Positions 1-12,497 of a DNA stretch of 64,000 nt are shown one piece after another. How positions within the stretch are numbered: position 1 is the first letter of the stretch; each line of letters starts with the position of its first letter. A program made the position numbers and the translations under genes. Location of the stretch: positions 1 to 64,000 of the forward strand of contig JAQGDQ010001045.1 in NCBI GenBank assembly GCA_030141605.1. The letters are read 5' to 3'. Under the pieces are notes generated by a model. That model was given only the letters and a program-made list of their open reading frames with translations, was not told where the DNA came from and did no database searches. Source of the DNA: Tubiluchus corallicola (Eukaryota > Animalia > Priapulida).

Positions 1-426
1 GGGGTTAAGTTTACCAAAAAACTCGTTTGTGTACACTTTACAACGCCTCACTCACAGCCCAAGCTGTTGTAATAGTAACAGTTTTAACAGCTAGCTAGAA
101 CCTTACCTAGTTCATTTTTTCTTGTTCCCAAGCAACATCCTGCTGGTAAATTCCTCTAAATCTAGCTAATAGACTAATGCACAATTAAGTCCTCGTAAAA
201 CAAATGAAGTTACTGAACTGATACAGCAGACGACTTTGCCTTACACACATGTCGTGTGACGGTTGTAGTTAAAGTGCGCTGCTGTGGTGCACTTAACCTT
301 CGCAGTTACTGAACTGATACAGCAGACGACTTTGCCTTACACACATGTCATACGACTGTTGTAGTTAAAGTGCGCTGCTGTGGTACACTTAGAACTTCAT
401 TTCATTCTCGATTTCTTTATCTGCAG

Positions 427-626
427 GGGTTCTGCAAGGCCGACGGACGGCGACCGAAGCTTCTCTTCGCCAACAGACACGACATCCGACAGATTGATCT
501 ACACGATCACGATTACGCGAGCATCGCCACCGGATTGAAGAGCGCCGTGTCTGTCGATTTCCTGTACGAGGAAAATCTGCTGTTCTGGTCAGACATTTCC
601 CTTCAGTCAATATACAAGATCAACAT
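427..626 (+). CDS. VLDLR: LDL-receptor family (VLDLR/lipophorin receptor-like) exon; end of EGF-B and start of YWTD propeller; gene begins upstream of window
   Basis: ctgcag|GGG...AACAT|gtaagt; GFCKADGRRPKLLFANRHDIRQI...LLFWSD. Symbol is family-level only. Confidence 0.85.
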
Positions 627-1067
627 GTAAGTTTTTTGCTGTAGTGTTTCTTCGCACAAACACAATTTCACATTTCGCGTCACTAGTTCTTCGCTGTTAC
701 ATGCATTTTATCGTTCGATAGCGCCTGCATTTCAGAGACGCATTGCACAGAAAACAGGTGCTGTACCTCTTAGTTCAGATGTGTTAGTTTGTGACGAACT
801 ACACACGTTCAACTGCTCATGCATGGGCACATCGATAAATTCGTAATTTGAATTTTCATCTTTATACTTGCCTAGTTTTAGTGCAACACACTGAATATCT
901 TACAGTAGCACTGTACTTCAATTTTCGCTTTCGCAAATACGTGAAACACGCTCGTGGAATATTGTTGCTATTGAAAATTATGTTAGTTTGTGATGTCATG
1001 AATAGTTGGGCTCGCCCGCTGTTAATTAGGATTTTAATCTATTATTTAACTATCAGAAACACTTTGC

Positions 1068-1393
1068 AGACAACAGCAGCAGCAACAACAACAGCATCAA
1101 TGACAACAACAATAACAGCAGCAACGACAACAACAACAACAACAGCAGCAGCAACGACAACAACAACAACAACAGCAGCAGCAACAGCAACAACAACAAC
1201 AGCAACGACAACAACAACAACAACAGCAGCAGCAGCAACAACAACAACAACAACAGCAGCAGCGACAACGACAATGACAACAACAACAACAACAACAACA
1301 GCAGCAACAACAGCAATAACAACAACATCAACAACAACAACAGCAGCAGCAACAACAGCAGCAGCAACCACAACAACAACAACGACAACAACA
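1068..1393. repeat. (ACA/GCA)n trinucleotide tract
   Basis: Direct; ends ~28 nt before exon 1422. Confidence 0.95.
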
Positions 1394-1421
1394 AGATTGT
1401 TTATGGCACTTCTTATTACAG

Positions 1422-1649
1422 GAACGATAACAAGACAGATGTATACGGTGAAACCATCGCACACCCCGTCATCGAGGGTCTAAACACACCCGACGGCATC
1501 GCAGTGGACTGGGTGTACAAGCACATCTACTGGACGGACGCCGGCAACGATGAGATCAAGGTGGCAAACGTGGACGGTACGATGGTCACCACTCTTGTCG
1601 ATACTGACCTGGCGGAACCGCGCGCCATTGCTGTGTATCCGCAAGAAGG
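1422..1649 (+). CDS. VLDLR: VLDLR-like exon (YWTD repeats)
   Basis: tacag|G...GAAGG|gtgagt; [18 protein letters not shown]...[12 protein letters not shown]; phase matches neighbouring exons. Confidence 0.9.
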
Positions 1650-1688
1650 GTGAGTGCTTTTTCCCGACACGACTAAACGATTTAATTG

Positions 1689-4600
1689 CACGTAGTGGCA
1701 GCTCGTAGCTAAAATTAGTGGGGGTGCTGCATTATTACACGTAGTGGCAGCTCGTGCATTATTACACGTAGTGGCGGCTCGTAGCTAAAATTAGTGGGGG
1801 TGCTGCATTATTACACGTAGTGGCAGCTCGTGCATTATTACACGTAGTGGCGGCTCGTAGCTAAAATTAGTGGGGGTGCTGCATTATTACACGTAGTGGC
1901 AGCTCGTGCATTATTACACGTAGTGGCGGCTCGTAGCTAAAATTAGTGGGGGTGCTGCATTATTACACGTAGTGGCAGCTCGTGCATTGTTACACGTAGT
2001 GGCAGCTCGTAGCTAAAATTAGTGGGGGTGCTGCATTATTACACGTAGTGGCGGCTCGTAGCTAAAATTAGTGGGGGTGCTGCATTATTACACGTAGTGG
2101 CGGTTCGTAGCTAAAATTAGTGGGGGTGCTGCATTATTACACGTAGTGGCGGCTCGTAGCTAAAATTAGTGGGGGTGCTGCATTATTAAACGTAGTGGCG
2201 GTTCGTAGCTAAAATTAGTGGGGGTGCTGCATTATTACACGTAGTGGCGGTTCGTAGCTAAAATTAGTGGGGGTGCTGCATTATTACACGTAGTGGCGGT
2301 TCGTAGCTAAAATTAGTGGGGGTGCTGCATTATTACACGTAGTGGCGGTTCGTAGCTAAAATTAGTGGGGGTGCTGTGCTACATTATTACACGTAGTGGC
2401 GGTTCGTAGCTAAAATTAGTGGGGGTGCTGCATTATTACACGTAGTGGCGGTTCGTAGCTAAAATTAGTGGCAGCTCGTGCATTATTACACGTAGTGGCG
2501 GTTCGTAGCTAAAATTAGTGGCAGCTCGTGCATTATTACACGTAGTGGCAGCTCGTGCATTATTACACGTAGTGGCAGCTCGTGCATTATTACACGTAGT
2601 GGCGGTTCGTAGCTAAAATTAGTGGGGGTGCTGCATTATTACACGTAGTGGCGGTTCGTAGCTAAAATTAGTGGGGGTGCTGCATTATTACACGTAGTGG
2701 CGGCTCGTAGCTAAAATTAGTGGGGGTGCTGCATTATTACACGTAGTGGCAGCTCGTAGCTAAAATTAGTGGCAGCTCGTGCATTATTACACGTAGTGGC
2801 AGCTCGTGCATTATTACACGTAGTGGCGGTTCGTAGCTAAAATTAGTGGGGGTGCTGCATTATTACACGTAGTGGCGGTTCGTAGTTAAAATTAGTGGGG
2901 GTGCTGCATTATTACACGTAGTGGCGGCTCGTAGCTAAAATTAGTGGGGGTGCTGCATTATTACACGTAGTGGCGGTTCGTAGTTAAAATTAGTGGGGGT
3001 GCTGCATTATTACACGTAGTGGCGGCTCGTAGCTAAAATTAGTGGGGGTGCTGCATTATTACACGTAGTGGCGGCTCGTAGCTAAAATTAGTGGGGGTGC
3101 TCCATTATTACACGTAGTGGCGGCTCGTAGCTAAAATTAGTGGGGGTGCTGCATTATTACACGTAGTGGCAGCTCGTAGCTAAAATTAGTGGGGGTGCTG
3201 CATTATTACATAGTGGCGGTTCGTAGCTAAAATTAGTGGGGGTGCTGCATTATTACACGTAGTGGCGGTTCGTAGCTAAAATTAATGGGGTGCTGCATTA
3301 TTACACGTAGTGGCGGTTCGTAGTTAAAATTAGTGGGGGTGCTGCATTATTACACGTAGTGGCGGCTCGTAGCTAAAATTAGTGGGGGTGCTGCATTATT
3401 ACACGTAGTGGCGGCTCGTAGCTAAAATTAGTGGGGGTGCTGCATTATTACACGTAGTGGCAGCTCGTGCATTATTACACGTAGTGGCGGCTCGTAGCTA
3501 AAATTAGTGGGGGTGCTGCATTATTACACGTAGTGGCAGCTCGCTGCATTATTACACGTAGTGGCAGCTCGTAGCTAAAATTAGTGGGGGTGCTGCATTA
3601 TTACACGTAGTGGCGGTTCGTAGCTAAAATTAGTGGGGGTGCTGCATTATTACACGTAGTGGCGGTTCGTAGCTAAAATTAGTGGGGGTGCTGCATTATT
3701 ACACGTAGTGGCGGTTCGTAGTTAAAATTAGTGGGGGTGCTGCATTATTACACGTAGTGGCAGCTCGTAGCTAAAATTAGTGGGGGTGCTGCATTATTAC
3801 ACGTAGTGGCGGCTCGTAGCTAAAATTAGTGGGGGTGCTGCATTATTACACGTAGTGGCGGCTCGTAGCTAAAATTAATTGGGGTGCTGCATTATTACAC
3901 GTAGTGGCGGTTCGTAGCTAAAATTAGTGGGGTGCTGCATTATTACACGTAGTGGCGGCTCGTAGCTAAAATTAGTGGGGGTGCTGCATTATTACACGTA
4001 GTGGCGGTTCGTAGCTAAAATTAGTGGGGGTGCTGCATTATTACACGTAGTGGCGGTTCGTAGTTAAAATTAGTGGGGGTGCTGCATTATTACACGTAGT
4101 GGCGGTTCGTAGCTAAAATTAGTGGGGCGTACTATTATTACACGTAGTACGGCTCGTAGCTAAAATTAGTGGGGGTGCTGCATTATTACACGTAGTGGCG
4201 GCTCGTAGTTAAATTAGTGGGGGTGCTGCATTATTACACGTAGTGGCAGCTCGTAGCTAAAATTAGTGGGGGTGCTGCATTATTACACGTAGTGGCGGCT
4301 CGTAGCTAAAATTAGTGGGGGTGCTGCATTATTACACGTAGTGGCGGCTCGTAGCTAAAATTAGTGGGGGTGCTGCATTATTACACGTAGTGGCGGTCGT
4401 AGCTAAAATTAGTGGGGTGCTGCATTATTACACGTAGTGGCGGCTCGTAGCTAAAATTAGTGGGGGTGCTGCATTATTACACGTAGTGGCGGCTCGTAGT
4501 TAAAATTAGTGGGGGTGCTGCATTATTACACGTAGTGGCGGCTCGTAGCTAAAATTAGTGGGGGTGCTGCATTATTACACGTAGTGGCGGCTCGTAGCTA

Positions 4601-5293
4601 AAATTAGTGGGGGTGCTGCATTATTACACGTAGTGGCGGCTCGTAGCTAAAATTAGTGGGGGTGCTGCATTATTACACGTAGTGGCGGTTCGTAGCTAAA
4701 ATTAGTGGGGGTGCTGCATTATTACACGTAGTGGCGGCTCGTAGCTAAAATTAGTGGGGGTGCTGCATTATTACACGTAGTGGCGGCTCGTAGCTAAAAT
4801 TAGTGGGGGTGCTGCATTATTACACGGTGGCAGCTAAAATTAGTGGGTGCTGCATTATTACACGTAGTGGCGGTTCGTAGCTAAAATTAGTGGGGGTGCT
4901 GCATTATTACACGTAGTGGCGGCTCATAGCTAAAATTAGTGGGGGTGCTGCATTATTACACGTAGTGGCGGTTCGTAGCAAAACTCATTATTACACGTGG
5001 TCTAGCTAAATTAGTGGGGGTGCTGCATTGTTACACGTAGTGGCAGCTCGTAGCTAAAATTAGTGGGGGTGCTGCATTATTACACGTAGTGGCGGTTCGA
5101 CAAAAATGCATTATTACACGTAGTGGCAGCTCGTGCATTATTACACGTAGTGGCAGCTCGTAGCTAAAATTAGTGGGGGTGCTGCATTATTACACGTAGT
5201 GGCGGTTCGTAGCTAAAATTAGTGGGGGTGCTGCATTATTACACGTAGTGGCAGCTCGTGCATTATTACACGTAGTGGCAGCTCATAGCTAAA
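1689..5293. repeat. 49-bp minisatellite (with 27-bp variants), ~3.6 kb
   Basis: CATTATTACACGTAGTGGCGGCTCGTAGCTAAAATTAGTGGGGGTGCTG. Confidence 0.97.
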
Positions 5294-5675
5294 CAAAGAA
5301 AATATTTTTTACTCACTAATAGCCTAAATTGTTGCAGTTCAAGCTTGATCGATTCTCAGTAAGCACGTGACAACTGACAACAAACTGTGTGAACGACAAT
5401 ACTTTTTCTACCTGGGCTCAGACATGTGCACACAACAGCCACAACACTGGGTTGCAGGAGCGCATTGTGCTGGGCTGTGAACTAAACAGTACTAAACTCA
5501 CTAAAAACTAAAGAAAAAAGACTTATTATATTGAATATTATCGATAATATCGAGTGAAAATTGGGGGTGCTGGAGTTCCACAGTACCTATACACGAGCTG
5601 CCACATGCTTCTTCGTGATTTTTTAAGTCGTTATCGTTGCCATAGCAACAATTTAGAAAGTGTTTTCCCTTCTAG

Positions 5676-5794
5676 ATGGCTGTTTGTTAGCGACTGGGGC
5701 GAACCGGCAAAGATTGAACGGATCGGAATGAATGGTGAAATGAGAACGAAAATCGTTACAGAGAATATCAGCTGGCCAAATGGACTTGCTTTAG
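5676..5794 (+). CDS. VLDLR: VLDLR-like exon (YWTD repeat)
   Basis: tctag|A...TTAG|gtgtgt; [20 protein letters not shown]...WPNGLAL. Confidence 0.9.
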
Positions 5795-5821
5795 GTGTGT
5801 TATACAGTTTCTTAAAGAAAA

Positions 5822-6843
5822 GTTGTCACTTAAACTGTTTGTGGTGTGCTAAAGGAAAGGACAAGTCACTCAGTATGTTAGGTTTATTTTACTGTTATCA
5901 CTTAAACTGTTTGTGGTGTGCTAAAGGAAAGGACAAGTCACTCAGTATGTTAGGTTTATTTTACTATTATCACTTAAACTGTTTGTGGTGTGCTAGAGGA
6001 AAGGACAAGTCACTCAGTATGTTGGGTTTATTTTACTGTTATCACTTAAACTGTTTGTGGTGTGCTAAAGGAAAGGACAAGTCACTCAGTATGTTGGGTT
6101 TATTTTACTGTTGTCACTTAAACTGTTTGTGGTGTGCTAGAGGAAAGAACAAGTCTCTCAGTGTGTTGTGTTTATTTTACTGTTGTCACTTAAACTGTTT
6201 GTGGTGTGCTAGAGGAAAGAACAAGTCGCTCAGTATGTTGGGTTTATTTTACTGTTGTCACTTGAACAGTTTGTGGTGTGCTAGAGGAAATGACAAGTCA
6301 CTCAGTATGTTGGGTTTATTTTACTGTTGTCACTTGAACAGTTTGTGGTGTGCTAGAGGAAAGGACAAGTCACTCAGTATGTTGGGTTTATTTTACTGTT
6401 GTCACTTAAACTGTTTGTGGTGTGCTAGAGGAATGGACAAGTCACTCAGTATGTTGGGTTTATTTTACTGTTGTCACTTAAACTGTTTGTGGTGTGCTAA
6501 AGGAAAGAACAAGTCACTCAGTATGTTGGGTTTATTTTACTGTTATCACTTAAACTGTTTGTGGTGTGCTAAAGGAAAGAACAAGTCACTCAGTATGTTG
6601 GGTTTATTTTACTGTTGTCACTTAAACTGTTTGTGGTGTGCTAAAGGAAAGAACAAGTCACTCAGTATGTTGGGTTTATTTTACTGTCATCACTTAAACT
6701 GTTTGTGGTGTGCTAAAGGAAAGAACAGGTCACTCAGTATGTTGGGTTTATTTTACTGTTGTCACTTAAACTGTTTGTGGTGTGCTAAAGGAAAGGACAA
6801 GTCACTCAGTATGTTGGGTTTATTTTACTGTTGTCACTTAAAC
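5822..6843. repeat. 72-bp minisatellite, ~14 copies
   Basis: CACTTAAACTG recurs at 5827, 5899 and onward. Confidence 0.97.
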
Positions 6844-7622
6844 TTAGAAAGATATAATGAAGAAATTTGCAAAGAACTGCCTATAAAGCATAAATTTAAA
6901 ATAAACTACCTCTGAATAGAAATGTTCAGGCGTAATGGTGCTGCCATTCACTTGAAAATCATGACGTAACTGGGAGACTTCGTGACTCTTCGTAAACGCT
7001 CGTTGCTTAAACTAACTCAGACTTCTGCAGCTTACCTAATGGTCATGCAAAAATATTACAAAATTAGCTATCTCATTTTTTTGTCAAAACTGATTATACT
7101 TTTGATGAAGATAGGCAGTGCGCTACTTTTCTTCAAGACGAATGACGTCATTGGAAGAAGAATGGGCATTGAAAATGGCAGTCTCCAAGCATGAAGTGAT
7201 CGCGACTTTAAAGTGATTTTACTAATTACACGAAGCGCTTATTGCAGTTTTATTACTAAATCCTTCTAACATTGAAATAAGCTGAACTTCCCAGAAAACT
7301 TGACTTTTCCTTTAACACATGAATGATTGTTGCGTTCAGGTTTTTCAGTCTTTTCAGTTTTATTTTTTTATGCATTTGGGGAAGCTGCGATCCATTGCCC
7401 AGGGTCTGTTTAATGTTGATGTTCGTGGCAGAGCCTGGTTCACACTTACGGCTAACTTTCTCAGCTTAGTCACTGAATCAGGAACAATGTGACTACTCGG
7501 TTATGGCTCCTCCCCACCTCCAACAATTACACGTTTTGTGATAACTATGAATTTCTGCTGTGCCAGGGACCATCATCGTGTTACACGCTGCCATCTAGCG
7601 AGTGAATTTTCAACATTTTCAG

Positions 7623-7762
7623 ATTACGTCAAGAAACGCGTGTACTGGGTCGATGCGAAACTCAACATGCTGGCTTCGGTTGATTTCAACGGTCAACACG
7701 CGAGGACAGTTTTAACTGACCAGGGAGTCTTGCAACATCCGTTCTCCGTCACCGTGTTTGAG
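7623..7762 (+). CDS. VLDLR: VLDLR-like exon (YWTD repeat)
   Basis: ttcag|AT...GAG|gtacgt; DYVKKRVYWVDAKL...HPFSVTVFE. Confidence 0.9.
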
Positions 7763-8075
7763 GTACGTAAAACAAACCTGTAGCATGTAACCGAGATATA
7801 AAGATGTAAATACAAAACACAATGACGTCCCGCCATCTAGCTGTCAGCTAGTGAAACAACAGATTCTGCGGGACTTTTAACGGTCCAGATTTTGTCCGAT
7901 TTATCCGATATCCGTAAAAGCGAGGTCCGGCAAACCGAGAGTGTTCAATTTTTTGGGGAGATGTACTTGAACATTTCCTTTTCTTAGATTCACAGAAAAT
8001 GTACGGAGGAGCCTCTTTCATCTTTCTTGTCCTTTTTATGAATGATAGCATTTAGTAGTTCCTGTTTTTTTTACT

Positions 8076-8998
8076 TAACTAAGAAAATGAACTGACGTAT
8101 ACTTACATTAACTAAGAAAACGAACTAACGTATACTTACATTAACTAAGAAAACGAACTAACGTATACTTACATTAACTAAGAAAACGAACTGACGTATA
8201 CTTACATTAACTAATAAAACGAACAGACGTATACTTACATTAACTAAGAAAACGAACTGACGTATACTTACATTAACTAAGAAAACGAACTGACGTATAC
8301 TTACATTAACTAAGAAAACGAACTGACGTATACTTACATTAACTAAGAAAACGAACTGACGTATACTTACATTAACTAAGAAAACGAACTGACGTATACT
8401 TACATTAACTAAGAAAACGAACTAACGTATACTTACATTAACTAAGAAAATAAACTAATCTATACTTACATTAACTAAGAAAACGAACTGACGTATACTT
8501 ACATTAACTAAGAAAACGAACTAACGTATGCTTACATTAACTAAGAAAACGAACTAACGTATACTTACATTAACTAAGAAAACGAACTGACGTATACTTA
8601 CATTAACTAAGAAAACGAACTGACGTATACTTACATTAACTAAGAAAACGAACTGACGTATACTTACATTAACTAAGAAAACGAACTAACGTATACTTAC
8701 ATTAACTAAGAAAATAAACTAATCTATACTTACATTAACTAAGAAAACGAACTGACGTATACTTACATTAACTAAGAAAACGAACTAACGTATACTTACA
8801 TTAACTAAGAAAATAAACTAATCTATACTTACATTAACTAAGAAAACGAACTGACGTATACTTACATTAACTAAGAAAACGAACTAACGTATACTTACAT
8901 TAACTAAGAAAACGAACTAACGTATACTTACATTAACTAAGAAAATGAACTAACGTATACTTACATTAACTAAGAAAATAAACTAATCTATACTTACA
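8076..8998. repeat. 33-bp minisatellite, ~28 copies
   Basis: AACTAAGAAAACGAACTRACGTATACTTACATT. Confidence 0.97.
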
Positions 8999-9008
8999 AT
9001 TTCAACAG

Positions 9009-9641
9009 GATACGCTATACTTTACTGACTGGGAAACGGAATCTCTTCACACGGTGAATAAATTCACCGGACAGGACAAGAACGACCTCGCGCTGGGTCT
9101 CCTGCAACCGATGGACTTGCAGGTCTTCCACGAGCAGCGACAGCCTCCCGTCATCAACAGGTGCGAATCCGGATACGTCAAAAATGGAGGTTGTTCTCAT
9201 CTGTGCCTGCCGACGCCGCGACAGGGGATGGCGCAGCGACAGGGGTACACGTGCCACTGCCCTGACGGAATGATGATGATGAGAAACAGGCGAACGTGTA
9301 TGAACCCGAGTAAGTCATCGACAACGACCACGACTACGTCCGCCACGACGACGACCGCGACTTCCTCCGCCACGACGACCTCGATTTCCTCGTCTTCAAC
9401 ATCGTTCACGACTACCAGCTCTTCCGAACCGCCGCTGAGGGGGCACGCCGCGCCGACGACGTTCAACAAGTCGGCGCCGTACGTCGAGAAGCCAGCGTTC
9501 ACTACCACGCAGGGACCGAACGAGACGTCGCTACGTCACGGCGTGTCGGAGAACCAAGGAACCGTCTTAACGGGAAGCCACGGAAAGATTGCCGGTATTG
9601 CCATCGGTATTGTCACTGGCATTATAATTATAATAGCTGTG
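9009..9641 (+). CDS. VLDLR: VLDLR-like exon: last YWTD, EGF-C, Ser/Thr-rich O-linked sugar domain, transmembrane helix
   Basis: aacag|GAT...GTG|gtgagt; DTLYFTDW, NGGCSHLCLP...YTCHCPDG, S/T tract, IAGIAIGIVTGIIIIIAV. Confidence 0.9.
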
Positions 9642-10138
9642 GTGAGTCTCCATTATTATTACCAAGGTCAGTTTGTCAGTGTAGAATTGCTTGAATTTTA
9701 CGTTACTGTTGCTACTCCTTCTGGAAGCTGCAACCATGGAAACTGCCTGTTAAATGAGTTTCATAAAACAGTCACAAGATGGCGCTATCATATTTTCTGT
9801 ACCTTGTAATCTCCAGTAATTGTTGGGCATTACGCTACGCTGTAGTTTGTAGTATTGATTATAATATAGCAGCCGTCGTAGCGCTGGCAACAAGACTTCA
9901 TTGATTGTACTTGGCCTGTAAAGATACATGGAGGTGTTTTTACTACAAGACGCATGTCGCCGGCGTCTCGATAATCTGAGTTGGTGATATTTAGGAAATT
10001 AGCAAGAGCCTGACCATGCTGATAAAAGTGATGTGGAGCAATTCACGCTGTAGCTGTAGAGTTTACTGTAGATACGTAACACACGATACTAAACTAATGC
10101 TCCGTTCACACTACACTCACTCTGACTGCATTTTTTAG

Positions 10139-10279
10139 ATCGGGTTCCTAGTACGAAGGTGGTACATCAAGAAGAACGTAAAGAGTATGAACTTCGACAA
10201 TCCCGTTTATCGTAAGACGACAGAAGAGCAAGTGAACTTGGAGAAAAGGCAGTATACACCTCAAAAAACTTTTAATCCT
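10139..10279 (+). CDS. VLDLR: VLDLR-like exon: cytoplasmic tail with FDNPVY internalisation motif
   Basis: tttag|ATC...CCT|gtaagt; IGFLVRRWYIKKNVKSMNFDNPVYRKTTEE. Confidence 0.92.
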
Positions 10280-10755
10280 GTAAGTATTACACTGGCTTCG
10301 TCACACTGGCGTCTTATTCGCAAAAATAATCCGTTCCCGAAAGCAGGTTTTAACTAGTTTTCCTTCTTGTGTCACGTTCACACTAGAAGAATTTTACACT
10401 CTCTTGTCCGTTCACATAGTCGCTTATTGCTAAAAACAGTTTTGTACTAAAATGAGTGGCATGTAAAAATAGGAAACTTTTTATACAGACTATAGCCTAA
10501 GTTGAAAATAATGTTATATAGTGACAACCGAGTTTTTTCTGAAAGGGAAGAAATTTCGAGTGCTGATGCGAATGGCATTACTTTACCCTAAGATAGATGG
10601 CAGATTTTAGTTTTATGTTTCAAACTTAAACGAGGTCAACACTACGCAATAATAATCTGTTTATTGTTTGTTTTTCATGGAATTCAGGAGACTAAAGTGA
10701 GTCGTTGGTGTCATAATTTGTGTCTCTTTATTTATTTCATTTCTTTCCGTCGCAG

Positions 10756-10776
10756 TCGAACGTTAAGCTACTTTAA
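10756..10776 (+). CDS. Candidate alternative terminal exon of the receptor (SNVKLL*)
   Basis: Long pyrimidine tract then cgcag|TCG AAC GTT AAG CTA CTT TAA, in phase with the FDNPVY exon. Confidence 0.35.
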   Translation, partial: SNVKLL

Positions 10777-10910
10777 CGACATCGACTCATTCAAATTGTC
10801 GACGTAGCAGACGGATCATTCTGTGTGTGACCGTGTTGCGCATGACTGTTTGCCTGTCTGTCGCCATTCCACGACGTCGACTGACTTATTTTCGTCGTGA
10901 CGTTTATTTG

Positions 10911-11030
10911 CGGGTGTCGTTACGTGCGGGGCTCGGGTGTCGTTACGTGCGGGGCTCGGGTGTCGTTACGTGCGGGGCTCGGGTGTCGTTACGTGCGGGG
11001 CTCGGGGTGTCGTTACGTGCGGGGTTCGGG
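10911..11030. repeat. 23-bp GC-rich minisatellite, ~5 copies
   Basis: CGGGTGTCGTTACGTGCGGGGCT. Confidence 0.9.
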
Positions 11031-11424
11031 TTCTGCTTTACGAAAATGTTGTAATTTCCACTTGGTGTTGTCTGTGGCAGTGTTTGTTTTAAACCACGGG
11101 GCATTTCAGCGTGTGCTTGCATGGCGAAATTATTTTATCCCCAATAGCGTCTATTACTAGTAAGCTGATGAAGAGAACAATGACGTCATTTGCAGTAGAA
11201 TTTTTTTGTTAATGATATTGTGAGTTTTTTTTTGTAGTAAAATTCTTTACCTTGCCAGTGTTGTGTCGTATTGTGGCATAATCTTCGAATACGTTTTTCG
11301 AAGAAGTTTTATTTAATACACAACTCTTTACGGGTTATAAAGGGTGGTGTGAAACCCCGTTTTTCTAATGACTTCATCCTGTTATTGCTATCATGTGAGC
11401 AAAGCTTAAGAAATTTCTGTTTAG

Positions 11425-11939
11425 TTAAAGGAAAACTGGATGATTGTGTAAACACGAGTTCAGAATAAAGAATTCTCTAGCTTACATTAAATAATAATTA
11501 CCTCGGATACTCAAATTTCGTTAAACTTTCAAAGCTACGTGCAGTTCAGTGAATCTACTAAGATTGGCAGCGGCGCCTTTTTGTCACATTCGCCTGGCCA
11601 ACATATAGAAGGTGGTACCGTGATAAGCATGATCATGAACTGCAGTGTTAGTTTCTGATGTCACATGATGTAGAGCCCATTTTCGTGACATTCAGCATTT
11701 AAGCAGTACTGTAACACTTACGCAAACAAGACTCGCAAAGGAAGACTCCTGCCATTGCACAAACTCTGGTTAGTTTCTGACGTAAGCAATAGCCGTGTTC
11801 GGTTGTCGTTAATTAATTTTCTAAGCTAATTATTCAAATATAAGAAACAATTGTTAACTTTTATAGGCAAGAAAATGTATAATTTGGACAGTAAATTAAA
11901 ATGACATGGAGTCTAAACAATCGTCCGTTTTTCCTTTAA
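11425..11939 (+). mobile_element. Family B TTAA-flanked (Kolobok-like) element; other copies ~47298-47712, 48833-49375, 58170-58477
   Basis: TTAA|AGGAAAACTGGATGATTGT ... ACAATCGTCCGTTTTTCCT|TTAA; four homologous copies. Confidence 0.8.
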
Positions 11940-12097
11940 GAAGTCGGATTTCACGTCTGTGATGAGTCATCCTGCCCTAGTGCGAACTTGTAAGGAGGCT
12001 TCTCATTGGTCGGGACACTATTAGTACACCCCCATTGTGTTTTTTAAACTGTGCAGGAGTCATTCTTTATCATAACAATTTCTTCTTTTATTTTCAG

Positions 12098-12142
12098 ACA
12101 CTAGAACCTCTAAATTCTCCGGGCACAAACGACTTCGTATAA
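12098..12142 (+). CDS. VLDLR: VLDLR-like terminal exon TLEPLNSPGTNDFV*
   Basis: Polypyrimidine tract + ttcag, phase 0; resembles the ..EPL.SPGTND(Y/F)V C-terminus I recall from invertebrate lipophorin receptors. Confidence 0.8.
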   Translation, partial: TLEPLNSPGTNDFV

Positions 12143-12497
12143 CGCACGCTCGTCCGCTTAGTCAAGTGATACAACGATTGTACAGCCGTCGCCGTTTCGG
12201 ACAATTTGCCGCTCTTATTTATTAACAGCTTAGCTTGATGGCAAACTTGTGTACATAGTGATGAATTTCATTTGAGTTTGTTGTGAATATTGAGTGAGTG
12301 ACACGCTGTAAATAGGCCGTAAACGTCGTCGTCGTCGTCGTCAAATCACGCGGTGCTGCTGTGCATTACATGTAACCAGCCTAGCCTCAGAACGGCCTTC
12401 CTCCGATGCTTAGCTTTGAAGACGATTGTGCACATCAGAATGCGGGAAAAAATATTGACGAATTCCGAGTTGGGAAGAGGCACGTCTTTCCCTCGTT

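Noticed and set aside
848-1483. Thr-rich mucin-like ORF or polyQ exon extension
   Set aside because: Family A repeat plus microsatellite; the AG at 1068 is out of frame with exon 1422 (353 nt) and meets a TGA.
5554-6915. 453-aa stand-alone Cys-rich protein
   Set aside because: It is a receptor exon reading into an intronic 72-bp minisatellite; the start is GTG inside a MITE end.
1689-8998. CRISPR-like arrays (also 33890-34760, 53944-55260, 61939-62625)
   Set aside because: Head-to-tail units without unique spacers, no cas genes, eukaryotic intronic context.
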